A DNA stretch of 53,888 nucleotides, filler included, from Stramenopiles sp. TOSAG23-2 (taxonomy: Eukaryota): assembly GCA_900128395.1 (NCBI GenBank). It is 4 parts of 4 records of this genome, joined end to end, with 100 filler letters (N's around TTAATTAATTAA, not from the genome) between each part and the next. Parts side by side here need not be neighbours in the genome. Positions count along the whole stretch, not along the records: positions 1 to 13,420 come from LT649802.1; positions 13,521 to 26,930 come from LT649803.1; 2 more parts are not named here. One strand, written 5' to 3'. The position numbers were made by a program, and so were the translations under genes. Numbering within the stretch: position 1 is the stretch's first letter; each line of letters starts with the position of its first letter. This document shows, piece after piece, positions 11,162 through 23,900 of this stretch. The notes under the pieces were generated by a model. It was given only the letters and a program-made list of their open reading frames with translations, was not told the origin of the DNA and made no database searches.

Positions 11162-12829
11162 ATGATGAAATTTGTAATAGTAGTAATAATCTTAACTGTA
11201 ATAAATGGTTGTTTATTATTATCATCAACCAATGCACAAAAAGCACCTTACGTCCACCATGAAATTTACGAACAAATACAAAATCATGGTGGCGATAAAG
11301 ATATTCCTGTTATGATTTATTTGCATAAAAATGCAAATTTAGAATCAATCCAATTCTATGATACAAATGATGATAATATCATCAGTAGAGCGGAAAAAAG
11401 GACTCAAGTGTATCAATATTTAAAACAATTTACAAAAATTAATCAACATAATGTTATAAATACATTTGCAAAACATAGTGCAAACGAAAGTATTCAATAT
11501 ACAAGTTTTTGGATAGTAAATACTATTTTAGTAGAAAACTTGAATGAAAAATTATTGCATGAATTATTAAATGATAGTTCAAGTATTAATGATATTAAAA
11601 AGATATTGCCAGCGTCACATAATGGATTATTTCGTATCAAGCAGATTCCATCGGAAAACTTGAATGAAAAATTATTGCATGAATTATTAAATGATAGTTC
11701 AAGTAGTAATGATATTAAAAAGATATTGCCAGCGTCACATAATGGATTATTTCGTATCAAGCAGATTCCATCGTTAAAAAAAATCAACAACCATAAGAAC
11801 AAAAACAACGATATTCAATGGAATATTGAAAAAATCAATGCAAATAAATTGTGGGACAAAGGTTTTAATGGGACAGGTGTCGTTGTTGCTACGTTAGATG
11901 GTGGAGTGAATTATCAACATGAATCTTTAATAAATAATTATCGTGGTACAAGTGCTGATGGTAAAACATTTAATCATGATTACAATTGGAACGATTGGGC
12001 CTATAAAAATAAAGTGCCTTTTGATAGCGAAGGACATGGTACGAACGTCCAAGGAATTGCAACTTCTTCAAATGGTTATGGAGTCGCATTTGGAGCAAAA
12101 TGGATTAGCGGTAAAATATTTAATTATGCAGGATATTCTGCAACATCATGGACTATTGGAGGGTGCCAATGGGCAATGTGTCCTTCGCCTGTGAATCAAC
12201 CAGGAAAAAATGAAAATTGTTCATTAGGTGCAGATGTTGTAAGCTGCAGTTGGGGGGAAGATGATGCAACAGAACCATATTTAAAAAAAATTATCTCTGC
12301 TTGGGAAAAAGCTGATATGATTCCCGTTTTTGCTGTTGGTAATGGTGGCCCGAAATGTGGCACTAGCGTATCACCATCTGATTATCAAGGTGTAGTTGGT
12401 GTCGGTGCATCATCGCAACAAGATAATATTATGGATTATTCCAGTCGTGGTCCGGCAAATATAAATGGATCGACCTTAATAAGTTCATTGCCATATACAC
12501 CATTGGCACCATCAATTGTTGCACCTGGATATGATATTCAAGGTCCTTCTTGTAATAGTAACGATGGGTATAAAGGAATGAGTGGAACCAGCCAAGCAGC
12601 ACCACATGTTGCTGGTGCAGCAGCATTATTATTATCAACAAAACCGAATTTATCATCAAAACAAATTTTACAAGCATTACATGATGGTGCAGAACAAAAA
12701 GATTTACAAGATCCAGATGGTGATGATAGTTGTGGTGGAATCGAATGGAATAAATTCCCAAATTATATATATGGTTATGGCCGTTTAGATTGTTACAATG
12801 CTTATACAAATCTAATCAAAAAAAATTAG
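11162..12829 (+). CDS. Secreted subtilisin-family S8 protease (bacillopeptidase F-like) with propeptide
   Basis: Signal peptide; triad motifs VATLDGG (Asp), GHGTNVQG (His), SGTSQAAPHVAG (Ser); oxyanion VGNGG; QWAMCP and PNYIYGYGRLD motifs; contains an in-frame 40 aa duplication. Confidence 0.93.
   Translation: MMKFVIVVIILTVINGCLLLSSTNAQKAPYVHHEIYEQIQNHGGDKDIPVMIYLHKNANLESIQFYDTNDDNIISRAEKRTQVYQYLKQFTKINQHNVINTFAKHSANESIQYTSFWIVNTILVENLNEKLLHELLNDSSSINDIKKILPASHNGLFRIKQIPSENLNEKLLHELLNDSSSSNDIKKILPASHNGLFRIKQIPSLKKINNHKNKNNDIQWNIEKINANKLWDKGFNGTGVVVATLDGGVNYQHESLINNYRGTSADGKTFNHDYNWNDWAYKNKVPFDSEGHGTNVQGIATSSNGYGVAFGAKWISGKIFNYAGYSATSWTIGGCQWAMCPSPVNQPGKNENCSLGADVVSCSWGEDDATEPYLKKIISAWEKADMIPVFAVGNGGPKCGTSVSPSDYQGVVGVGASSQQDNIMDYSSRGPANINGSTLISSLPYTPLAPSIVAPGYDIQGPSCNSNDGYKGMSGTSQAAPHVAGAAALLLSTKPNLSSKQILQALHDGAEQKDLQDPDGDDSCGGIEWNKFPNYIYGYGRLDCYNAYTNLIKKN
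11534..11773. repeat. 120-bp in-frame tandem duplication, one mismatch (Ile/Ser)
   Basis: 11534-11653 vs 11654-11773; agtatt vs agtagt. Confidence 0.95.
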
Positions 12830-12972
12830 AAACAACACGACGTACCAAACTAAATACAAAAATAAAAGGAGACTCTTGTTTAGATTGTTACAATGCTTAT
12901 ACAAATCTAATCAAAACAAATTAGAAACAACACGACGTACCAAACTAAATACAAAAATAAAAGGAGACTCTT
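12783..12972. repeat. 95-bp tandem duplication over the protease stop codon, one mismatch
   Basis: 12783-12877 vs 12878-12972. Confidence 0.95.
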
Positions 12973-13420
12973 GTGAGCAACCAATAAAATATCCTTCTAC
13001 AATAATAGAAGTCCTCCTGTGGCCTCCACATCATAGTTTCTTTCGGCTAATAATTAGCATGTACACACCACTATATTTAATTTTTTAGCATAAAGGCTAT
13101 TTTTGAAGCTGAAACTAAGACATATTTTGATTATCCATCAGGGCTATCGCCCAATATTAATAAAGCACTCCTCTCATAATACCGGTGGTATGACTATACT
13201 AATACTCTATTATTATACAGCTCTAGTAATGTGGACTGGTTTACACTACCTGTGGCTACTGGCTACTGGCTACCACACTTTTAAAAAAATATCTTTACAC
13301 TATACAAGTAAAGATAATACATGTAGATATACATAGATAGAAATAGAAATCATTTTTAAAAAAACAAAAACCAATTGCAAGAACAACAGATTTATACATA
13401 AACGTATCACTCTTTTTTTA

Positions 13421-13520
13421 NNNNNNNNNNNNNNNNNNNNNNNNNNNNNNNNNNNNNNNNNNNNTTAATTAATTAANNNNNNNNNNNNNNNNNNNNNNNN
13501 NNNNNNNNNNNNNNNNNNNN
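13421..13520. other. Artificial contig spacer (N44-TTAATTAATTAA-N44)
   Basis: Exactly 100 nt with a six-frame stop linker. Confidence 0.98.
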
Positions 13521-13855
13521 GCTCGTAATAAGAGATAAAAATGTGTATTACTTCATTGTATGCTTGTGTTCATTTTTGTAATAATTTATACATGTGATAT
13601 GTAATATAAAATACGTACGAAGTATATACTCAGATCCTATGGAGAAGGATTCAATTCTTTTTGATAATTAGAGCGTGTGTCTTTTTCAATTTTTTAAAAT
13701 ATTTATACTCGTAATATGTCACATGTATAATAATATTTATTAATTTCTTGAAAGATCATTATCATAATATTATTTTGATTTTTTTAAAACACCAATATAC
13801 ACAGCACACTTTCTTTTCTATATCTATATATCTCTCGTAGAGAAAAAATGTGTTT

Positions 13856-14320
13856 TTACAATTTTGGTACTGGTTTTACAGCATATACATCATATCGAAC
13901 ACCATCACCTCCTTTACCAATTGCAACACATGGGGTATCGATAAGATAGATATATTTTTCAGCATTTGTTTCAAATCTTGGAAATGTAACAAGCATACCA
14001 TTGGTATTTTTGCCAACAAATCCATCATACGTCACATAAATAAATTCATTATCTTCTGTCTTTAAAGTCAAACGTATATTCAATTTAGTACCATTTGGAC
14101 CATTTATTAACCAATCGGCCGCACCATGTTCCAATATTTTTGCGTTGATATTTGGCCCAATGCACTGACCACCTGTGACAGGCATCACTTGCCGTCCATA
14201 TCCAGTTGTTTTATCACGTAAATCTGCTGTTGATGCAGAAACATCTACACCAACTTTATGTTTTAAATTTAATTGAAATAAAAATTGTAAATTAGGCATA
14301 TTATGTTGTGTCGATGTCAT
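13856..14320 (-). CDS. DUF3237 / UPF0311 family beta-barrel protein
   Basis: GRQVMPVTGG..GP, GAADWL, LNIRLTLKTEDNEFIYVTYDG, PRFET..EKY..L motifs. Confidence 0.85.
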   Translation of the reverse strand: MTSTQHNMPNLQFLFQLNLKHKVGVDVSASTADLRDKTTGYGRQVMPVTGGQCIGPNINAKILEHGAADWLINGPNGTKLNIRLTLKTEDNEFIYVTYDGFVGKNTNGMLVTFPRFETNAEKYIYLIDTPCVAIGKGGDGVRYDVYAVKPVPKL

Positions 14321-14992
14321 TGTTATTATTATTATCTAAATTCACGTTATTGCAATATATATATATATACATGGAATCACTACTGTCAGAGATAGACAAC
14401 AATTGTAGAATAATAGTATTTCTTTTCCATCCATTATACATCAGAAGAGCCTACAGTATGATATATATATTTATACTGTATATATATATATAAGTAGGTA
14501 AAAATAGGAGGTAAAAAAGGTAAAGGGGGTAAAAAACTTATAAAAGTTTGTTCACCACACAGCTGTATACTTTGTTGATAGGCTCTTGATATACTTGAAG
14601 TTGGGAATTGGACACAATATAATATATAATATATAATATAATAATATAATATAAATAGCACAGTAACAGGGAGAAATTATTATTACATGTTATTTATTAC
14701 AGAGTTTCTTCCAGTTTCTTCCTCCTCTAGGCCATAGCTCATATTAATAATAATAATAGTAATAGCATTATAGATCTAATAATAACTAACTAATAATAAA
14801 TATTACTATAGAATAAAAATGTATAGACTTTAGTTTCTTTTTTGTTTTTTTTTGGAAGATGTATATACATAACCAAGAAAGTGTTGTGATATTATTGTCA
14901 TTAGTATTAGTATTATTATTATTATTATCATCATCAATTTATTCTCTATAAATACACAAATCCGAATTTTGTGAAAAAAAGAAGAAAAAAAG

Positions 14993-17900
14993 ATGATGAT
15001 TAAAAAAAAGAATAATATAATACTAGTGAAAAGTATAAAAAATACATCATTATTCAAATATTTATTATTATTATTATTTATCGCAACTTTTTTTTCCAAT
15101 TGTAATAATGTAATAAATTTGAATAATATGCATCTAATTATAAGTTTCAGTGCGATGATTGCATTTTCTAATTTGAACAATTATAAAATTGATGATTTTC
15201 GCTCATTTGGAAATAACAAAAACTTGTCACGTCGTTTAATTATTATTATTATTATAATCATTAGTAATATATTATTCAATAACGTTAATGGACAAACAAC
15301 AAATTGGGATTGTAAGACAAGTAGTAATAGTAATCCAAATAGTGGAATTTATAGAAAGGATGAAAATTGTACTATATCCGGTAGTGACGGTCATGTTGTA
15401 GTAACGAATACGTTAGAAGTTATTGGAAGTAATGTAGATATGAATAATTTAATTACAATTACTGCTGCGACAAATCAACGTCATTTTTATTTAAATGATG
15501 CAAATGCTACATTAATATTACGTTATTTAAAATTAGTTGGTGGGGAAATTAGTGGCAATAGCGGTCAGAATAGTTATGGTGGATCAATACTAATTTATAC
15601 AAACGGAGGCCAAGCAAAGTTGTACTTTACAATTTTAGAAAACAATAAAGCTACGTCTGGGGGCGGAATATACGCACGCGGTGACCGTAATGGCGCTATT
15701 TACATATATAATAGCATCATTAGGAACAACGAAGCAACTGTTGATAGAGGTGGTGGAATTCGGATGTATTATTCAAATTATCCTGGTGCTGGTATCATTG
15801 TAAATACAACATTTAGCCATAATAAAGCTAAAAGTGGCGGTGCTATGGATATTTACGATAGTCGAATTATGTTGAAAGATTGTACGATATCAAACAACGA
15901 AGCTTCATACAAAGGCGGTGGTCTGTTTGTAGAATCGGCTGGAAACATTATATACTTTCAAGATGCTCTATCGGTTGACAATAATAATAGGGTGGCAGCA
16001 AGAATTTTTTGCAATTCAAAAGGGTTTAGATTGGCAACAATGGCTGATGCCGATGCGATCGATTACTCCAAATGCAAAGCAGGTATATGGGAGGATTATT
16101 TGGGATATCGTATGGTAGGAACATTTACTGGTTGTGGTACAAACACTTGGAACAGCTGGAATGATTGGGATGATTATGGTGGAAAATCACCATATTGTTA
16201 TATTGATTCTTTAGGAAGTTTGAATATTACAAGAACTGTTATTCGTAACAACAAAGTAACCACCAGTGATTTTATTGTGAATATGAATGGTGGTAGTGAT
16301 GTATATTCATATAGTATGAATGGTGGTGGTGGTGTATATTTAATGAATGCTGTAGAAATTACCATCCGCGAATCAATGTTTGCATTGAACAACGCATATA
16401 ATGATCAAGGCGATGCACTTGTTGCTGGAATTGCAGAAGACGATGGTGGTAGAGATTATTCAAATCAAATACCATCAATAGCAATTGTAAATACATATGT
16501 TGACAGTCTACGCAATAGCATTATGTTTTATTCGTTCTCGATCAAATATTATGTAGTGCGTATTTATGCCCATAGCGGCACGGATGGTTTTCTTAATTTG
16601 ATGGAGGTCGAAGTCTCAGATACATCAGGAAACGACCTTATACTTTCTGAAGGTAAATTAGGTGAAATGTATAGTAATGCTTATGCATCTTATTGCAACG
16701 ATGGTGCAACAACCTCTGGGTCGAATTGCCATTCTACTGCAACTGCTGGTAAAAATTACGTTTCATTTGTGTTTTATACTGCTAAAACAAGTGTGAAAGT
16801 TACATATCATAATCGATGTGATGGGCAGGACCATCGGATTGCAAATGGAAAAATTGTTATTTACGAAGCAAATCACCCAGATCAAAAAGTTGAACAGTTT
16901 AATATAGCCAATCCTGGTGCATGCAATAGTAAATCATATACGATGGTATTACCATCACGTACTACATTAGGTGTAAACTGGAATACATGTTCTTCGTCAC
17001 CAGCGCTTTGTTCAGAACCACCATTTACAGGTGTATGTGAAAATAATGTAGCACAACAACCAGTTTTTAGATGTGAGGCAGGATGGGAACGTAGCGATTC
17101 AGGCAAATGCTATAAATATGATGCCGTGGAACGGTCATGGGAAGATGCAAAGACATATTGCAATGGAATCGGAGGTATTTTAGCATCAATTCATTCAGCG
17201 GAAGAAAATGATTTTATAACGCAGATGTTGGAGCAACAATCTATATCTGGTACATATATGAGTGTTTGGCTTGGTATGAATTCAGCAACGCATAACGAAT
17301 GGTTAGATGGAACAGAATTTGATTACATTAATTGGCATGAGGGAGAACCGAGTGGCGATGGTTCATGTACAATGATTTGGATTGCAGCGGATCCATCTAG
17401 TGTAGATTACCATGGTGAGTGGAATGATGCAGGTGGTAATCATGTCTTTCCATCATTATGCATGAACGATGCAACAGCAGTTTCATCAGGAGTTACTTGC
17501 AGTGCATCGTGTCCATCGAATCACTATTATTATCCAAGTGGAATTCATGCAGGATGCTCATCCGCAATGTTGGAATGGGATTGTATCTCTGCAAGAAATA
17601 AAGGAACATATCGACGAAGTAGTGATTGTACTATATCTGGTAGCAACTATGTTCCTGTCTCTGGTACATTAGAAATTATTGGTGCCAACACCGATATGAG
17701 TAATTTAATAACAATTACTGCAGCAACAAATCAACGTCATTTTTATGTAAATGGTAAAAATGATAAATTAATATTACGTTACTTGAAATTGATCGGCGGT
17801 GATGTTAGCCGCCATTCTAGTGCAGCAAGTAATCTTAGTGGAGGTGCAATATTATTTGTAAATGGTGGAGTTGGAATGTTGTTTAGTGTACACATACATG

Positions 17901-20900
17901 ATAATTCTGCTGCACAAGGTGGAGCAATAGCTGTTGAAAATAATAGCACTTTGAACATTATTGATTCCAATATACGAAATAACCATGCTATTGATGGTGG
18001 TGCATTTTGGATAACTGCTTCTTCAACTTTATATGTTAATGACACTATAGTTGAATTAAATTCAGGAATTAATTTCGGTGGAAGCATAAGTTGTATGGAC
18101 AGCATGTGTTTTTTAAATAGTTCAACTATACAAAAAAACAATATAGCCCATGAAAGATATAAAGATGAAACTTTAAAATATAATGAATCGTTGACGTTGA
18201 CGTCACCATTATTGCAATATGGATATTTGAATCCAACCGGAATTGTTGGGAATACGTTTAATGAATATTCTGTTTCGATGTGGGTGAAAGTAGATGCGTT
18301 TTCATCTGATTGTAATGCAATATTTTCACTAGCATCGGATATAAATGAGAATAATTTACTGATGCTAATAAGACCAAATGGTAAGCTAGAAATTATTATT
18401 GCTGGGCCAGGGATACAATCTTCATCACCAACGTTTTCAGATAATGGCTGGCATCATGTTTGTGCCTCTTACAAAAAAAACAGTGCTAACACATTTGCTG
18501 CCATTGATGGGATAATCGAAATAACTATGTCTGCATCCAGTGATATTAGTAATAGTCCATCCACTTCGAAAATCATTCTTGGCGAAGAGCAAGATATTGT
18601 TGGCGGTAATTTCGATAGTACCCAATCACACATTGGTCGAATTAGTGATGTAACAATATACAATCGGAAACTATCATTAAGTGAATGCCAACAAGCAAAA
18701 GATGCTAAATATTTATCCGAATTTCCATCAAATCCGTTGTATACATGGAATAACTTTAAAACTATAGGTTTAGAAATGCCAGCTATATTCCCGTCACAAG
18801 AACTGAAAAAAGATAGTAGTGATGCAACAACGCATTATGGATATTTAAGTCCTACTGGAATCCGCGGGGATACATTTAGCGAGTATGCTGTTTCTATGTG
18901 GGTCAAAATTGATTCGTATTCATCTGAGATTAATACTATTTTCTCCTTAGCCTCGTCAATTAGTACCAACAACTTTTTACTAACGATAAACAATGAGGGA
19001 AAGATTAAAATAGATTTATCGTCTACACAAGCACGATCTACGTTTGCAACATTTACAGATAACATAGCTCATAGTAGTAGAAGATGGCATCATGTCTGTG
19101 CTTCCTATAAAAAATACGACCCATATTCATTTGTTGCTGTGGATGGAATACTTGAAATAACATTTTCAGCATCACTTGATATTAGTAATGTGCCAAAAAC
19201 GTCAATAATAATTCTCGGTGAAGAGCAAGATAGTCTCGGGGGTAGTTTTAGTAGTGCACAATCCCATATTGGCCGAACCTCTGATGTTACAATATACAAT
19301 AGAAAATTATCATTAAATGAATGCCAACAGGCAAAAGATGCTCGATATATGTCAGAATTTCCAATGAATCCTTTGTATACATGGAATGAGTTTTATACTA
19401 CAAGGAATGGAATGTTGCGTGATTCATCAAGATGGGATACGGAAGCAAAAGCAGGTGGAAACGGTATATTTGTGCATGGAGGTAGTGTCAACTTGCATTC
19501 CACACTCATATTAGATAATTATAACAATATTGGTCATGGAGGTGGGATATCTATTAATTATGCCACTGCAAACATATCCAATTGCACCATTAATTATAAT
19601 CAAGCAGTACAAGGTGGTGGTATATATGCATACGAAAGTTCTTTGCTAGTAAGCAATAGTGAAATATCAAATAATAATGCTAGTATTGATAATGAATGGT
19701 ACCTTTTACCACCAAAGGTATCAGGTACAAAATCAGTATATTCATCAACAACATCATCCAACACATGCGTAGAAGCAACAATAGATGCATGTGAATCCGC
19801 TGTTGCGTTATTATTAGCCGAGGCCTATCCCAAGAATGCAAATTATGAAGGCAATAATATACGCAATATGCAAGTGGGATCAGGAGGAACTTGTAATGAT
19901 AATTCATGGGGGAACGTGCCATTAGGATGCTCTGCTCAAATGAGTTGGACAGCACATTTTAAGACCGGAGGTGTAAATTGTGGTCATGAAATGTATCAAG
20001 TAGTTTGTCGAGAGGCGGAACAACGTGGTGGTGGCATTTCGTTACTATTCAGTGAGGCAGCATTGGAAACCTTGGTAATTTCAAATAATCAAGCTAGAAA
20101 TCAAGGTGGTGGAGTGTTTGTAAATTCGCCAGGACAAATTAAATATTTTTTAGAAGCACTTGCGGTAAATAATAATAATAGGGAAGCAGCAAGAAACTTT
20201 TGTGTTTCAAAAGGATATAGATTAGCCACCAAAGCTGATGCTGATGCAATAAATTACTTTGAATGCCAGGCTGGTATATGGGAAGATTATCTTGGGTGGC
20301 GTATGGTTGGGGTTGTTAGTGGTTGCGGCTCAGATGGTTGGAATGGTTGGAATAGTGAATTTAACAACTATGGCGGAAGGTCTCCATATTGTTACGTTGC
20401 CCCATCTTCTATTAGCATTACCAACACTGTTGTACGAAACAATAAAATACAAAGTAGCTCAAATGCTGGTATAAATGGTGGCGGTGGCTTGTATTTGCAA
20501 GACAGCCAGAAAATTGATATACGTGAATCATCGTTCATATCAAACATTGCTAATAATAATCGTGGTGACGAAATTTGTATACTTACAACAGAAGCACATA
20601 TGGCGATGAGTGAAAAAAAAGCTATTGTAAATACGCATTTTAACAATCCAACTAGTAGCAATACTTTTGATTCATTGTTGGAGAAACAATACGTCGTCCG
20701 TGTATATGCTGCTGCCAATCTGGCTTTGAATTTGGAGGAGGTTGAAGTTTTAGACAATAGAGGACATCGGATAAAACTGACTGATGGAACGTTGGGAGAA
20801 CAATATAATAGTCACGTAGCCGCATACTGTAATGATGGTATTATTGACGCTTCAGATTCTACTTCCAATGATCCTATGCATTGGAATTTTTGTCACTCTG

Positions 20901-23900
20901 ATACCACGGAAGGTAAAAATTATGTTTCATTTGCATTCATCACATCTGCAAACGAAGTTCAGGTAAAATATTACAATCGATGCGATTGTTGCAATGATAG
21001 AATTGCAAATGGCAAAATTGTTATTTACGATGCAAATAACGAAGATAATAAGGTAGAACAGCTTAATATAGTTAATCCTGGTTTATGCAAAAGTCAATCG
21101 TATACACTCACGTTGCCAGGAAAAGCAATATCAAGTGTAAAATCATGTTCATCGGAAGTTTGTACACAATCGCCTTTTACTGGTACATGCACGGCAGTAA
21201 ACAATATTGATGAAGATTCAATGGAAAATGGATTTTGTGTAACAGAAGATGGAGGAGATCAAAATGCAGGAGTAATTAAATTAAACTCATTAGATATTAA
21301 TACAGCAGACCGACGTAAAAATTGTTTATATTTATGCAAAGCTACATCAGGTTACACTGGTTGTGAAGGTATTTGGAATGAAGCCAATCGTGGCTGTTAT
21401 GTTCACACTGATGCTGTTTCCCATGGAAATAATGCTGCTAACCACGTTTGTTGGATAAGAAAACATTCAAATGTAATAAATCATAATATGGATTTAGGTG
21501 TAATATGTAACTACATGACATGCCCTGCAAATACGTACCGCAAACAAGTGACTGCATCATCATTACCACCTGCAAGTGATGCAATATGCCAATCCTGCCC
21601 AAATGGAAAATATACCCGTACACGTAATGGAATAGAACCAATAGAATTTAGAGACCAAATAATCGATTGTATTGCACCACCAAAAATATTATCCATGTCT
21701 CCAAATATGTCTTCCATTTCTGGTGATGTTATCACCACTATTATAGGGGAAAATTTTGGCATCGATAACAATTCACACATCGTATTTTCGGTTATAAATC
21801 CAAATACCAATGAAGAGTTTACATGGAAAGATATTGTTTATATTTCTTCTAGCCAAATACAGGTAACTTCTATCTTTGGAAATGGTCAAAACTTATTGGT
21901 TCGTATGAGTGTTGATGGTATTAGTTCCATTTTATTAAATACGGCTGATCAATTTAAATTTAGTTACTTGGATCCAAAAATAGTTTCGTTCGTCTCTCCC
22001 CCTTTTCAAGGTGGAACGTTACAAATTATAGGCGAATCATTTGCAAAACAAGCGGAAAGTAAAACAGAAGTAGCAATTGTAGATAACAATTGTGAAGTTC
22101 CATGTACAGATATGCGAGCAATATCAGGAACAGTAATACATTGTCAATATGTTGGATTTGGGCAACCTAATACTTGTACAAACAAAAGTATAGTCGTTCG
22201 AACGAATTTTGGGAATAGCATTCGAGAATCCAATCGTGTTGAATTGTGTTATGATGTTGATCGTGGCGAGCTGGAAAATGTCCCAGAGTTAGACCAAACG
22301 GTTGTGGAAACAGATGGATTTGTACGATATGGAATATCATTATCCGATGCTGTTGTCCCAAACCAAAACGTCCAAGTACGAATACGTAGTGTTTCATATG
22401 ATGCACTTATGAATAAAATAGATGAGAAAAATGGATACAGGTGCATTCCTTCCCCCAAGTTAATTACAATTAATAATTTAAATCACAATGAAACTCACAC
22501 AATTACAATAAATACAGAAGATAATAAAGTAGATGAAGGGACATTAGAAACAATTGCATATAAATGCGAAATTGTACATAGTATAGAGTCATTGGATAAG
22601 CAATATAATCAATCTGCTGATAAAGTATTACGTATCAATATATTAAATGACGATCGCGCTGATTTTAAATTACAACTTCAAGATGAAAATAATCCTGCAA
22701 CGTTTGATGAAGAAAAAGTAAAAACTGTTGGACCAATGTGCATGGTGGAAGCATCGAATCTCACATATGGTATCACATTAAGTACACGGCCAACAAAACA
22801 AGTAGCGATATATCATCAATTACAATATAAATATATTGATTCACCATTACAATTTGAATTTACTCCCACACTTCCAATCGTATTTCAACCATATGAATGG
22901 AATAGTACAAAATCATTTACAATATCTGTGAAACACGATGTAGTAGATAATCACCAAGACATAGATGCTATTGTTGTTAGGCATTGGGTAGTAACAGAAG
23001 ATCCAGTCTTTCAAACCAATGCATTAAATGCAAGTGCTAAATTTCGTATAACAGATGATGATACTGCTGGCATTCAATTAGCACCAGATTCAGTATCAAT
23101 TGTAGTAAATGGTGGCGTGACACGAATTATTACAATAATGCCGTTATTGTCAAAACCGATGGATTCAGTCACATTGAAGATAATTAATGTAGATAATATT
23201 GAAAGTGTAAGTGTTGTTCCAGATTCCGTCGTTGTAACACCAGAACAATATCAACAAGAAACGAAATTCACCATGAAAATATTAGATGATATTACAAAAG
23301 ATATAGCATTTCAAATGCGTGTTGAGCCAACAAGTTTAGATTATAAATATAATGGTGCTAGTAGTAGCAAATTAATAAGTGTATTAATACCACCAGACCC
23401 ATTGCTACCACCTGTAGCACCAAAAAATGTTATTATTAAACGCATTAATACGTCGTATATGAGGGTATCTTGGGATCAAGTTGTTGATAATTTTGCTGAT
23501 ACTGAAGGAAGTTCTTACGATTTAGTATATAATATGAAATATGGTGTTACAAAACCATTGGATAATTCTACTGGTACGTTTTATCGTGTTGTCAATTCCA
23601 TTAATGCAACTACATATGATTGCATCTTACGAACACCATTGTATAAAAAACCATTGTATAAAAAAGTCATGTATGTTATGGTACAAGCAAAACGTGTGAA
23701 ACAAAATGCATTAAATGAAGCTCCAACGTATAGTGATTGGTCGATTATTACACCTGATTGGAAAATTGCATCTGAATGTGTTTTCGATGCTGAATATTTA
23801 AATACAACATGTGATTATCCATTAGGACAAAATGGTGATTCATGTGAACCATGGGCTTGTAAAGTTTGCCCAGAAGGTGCATCTTGTAAAGGTCAAAGAA

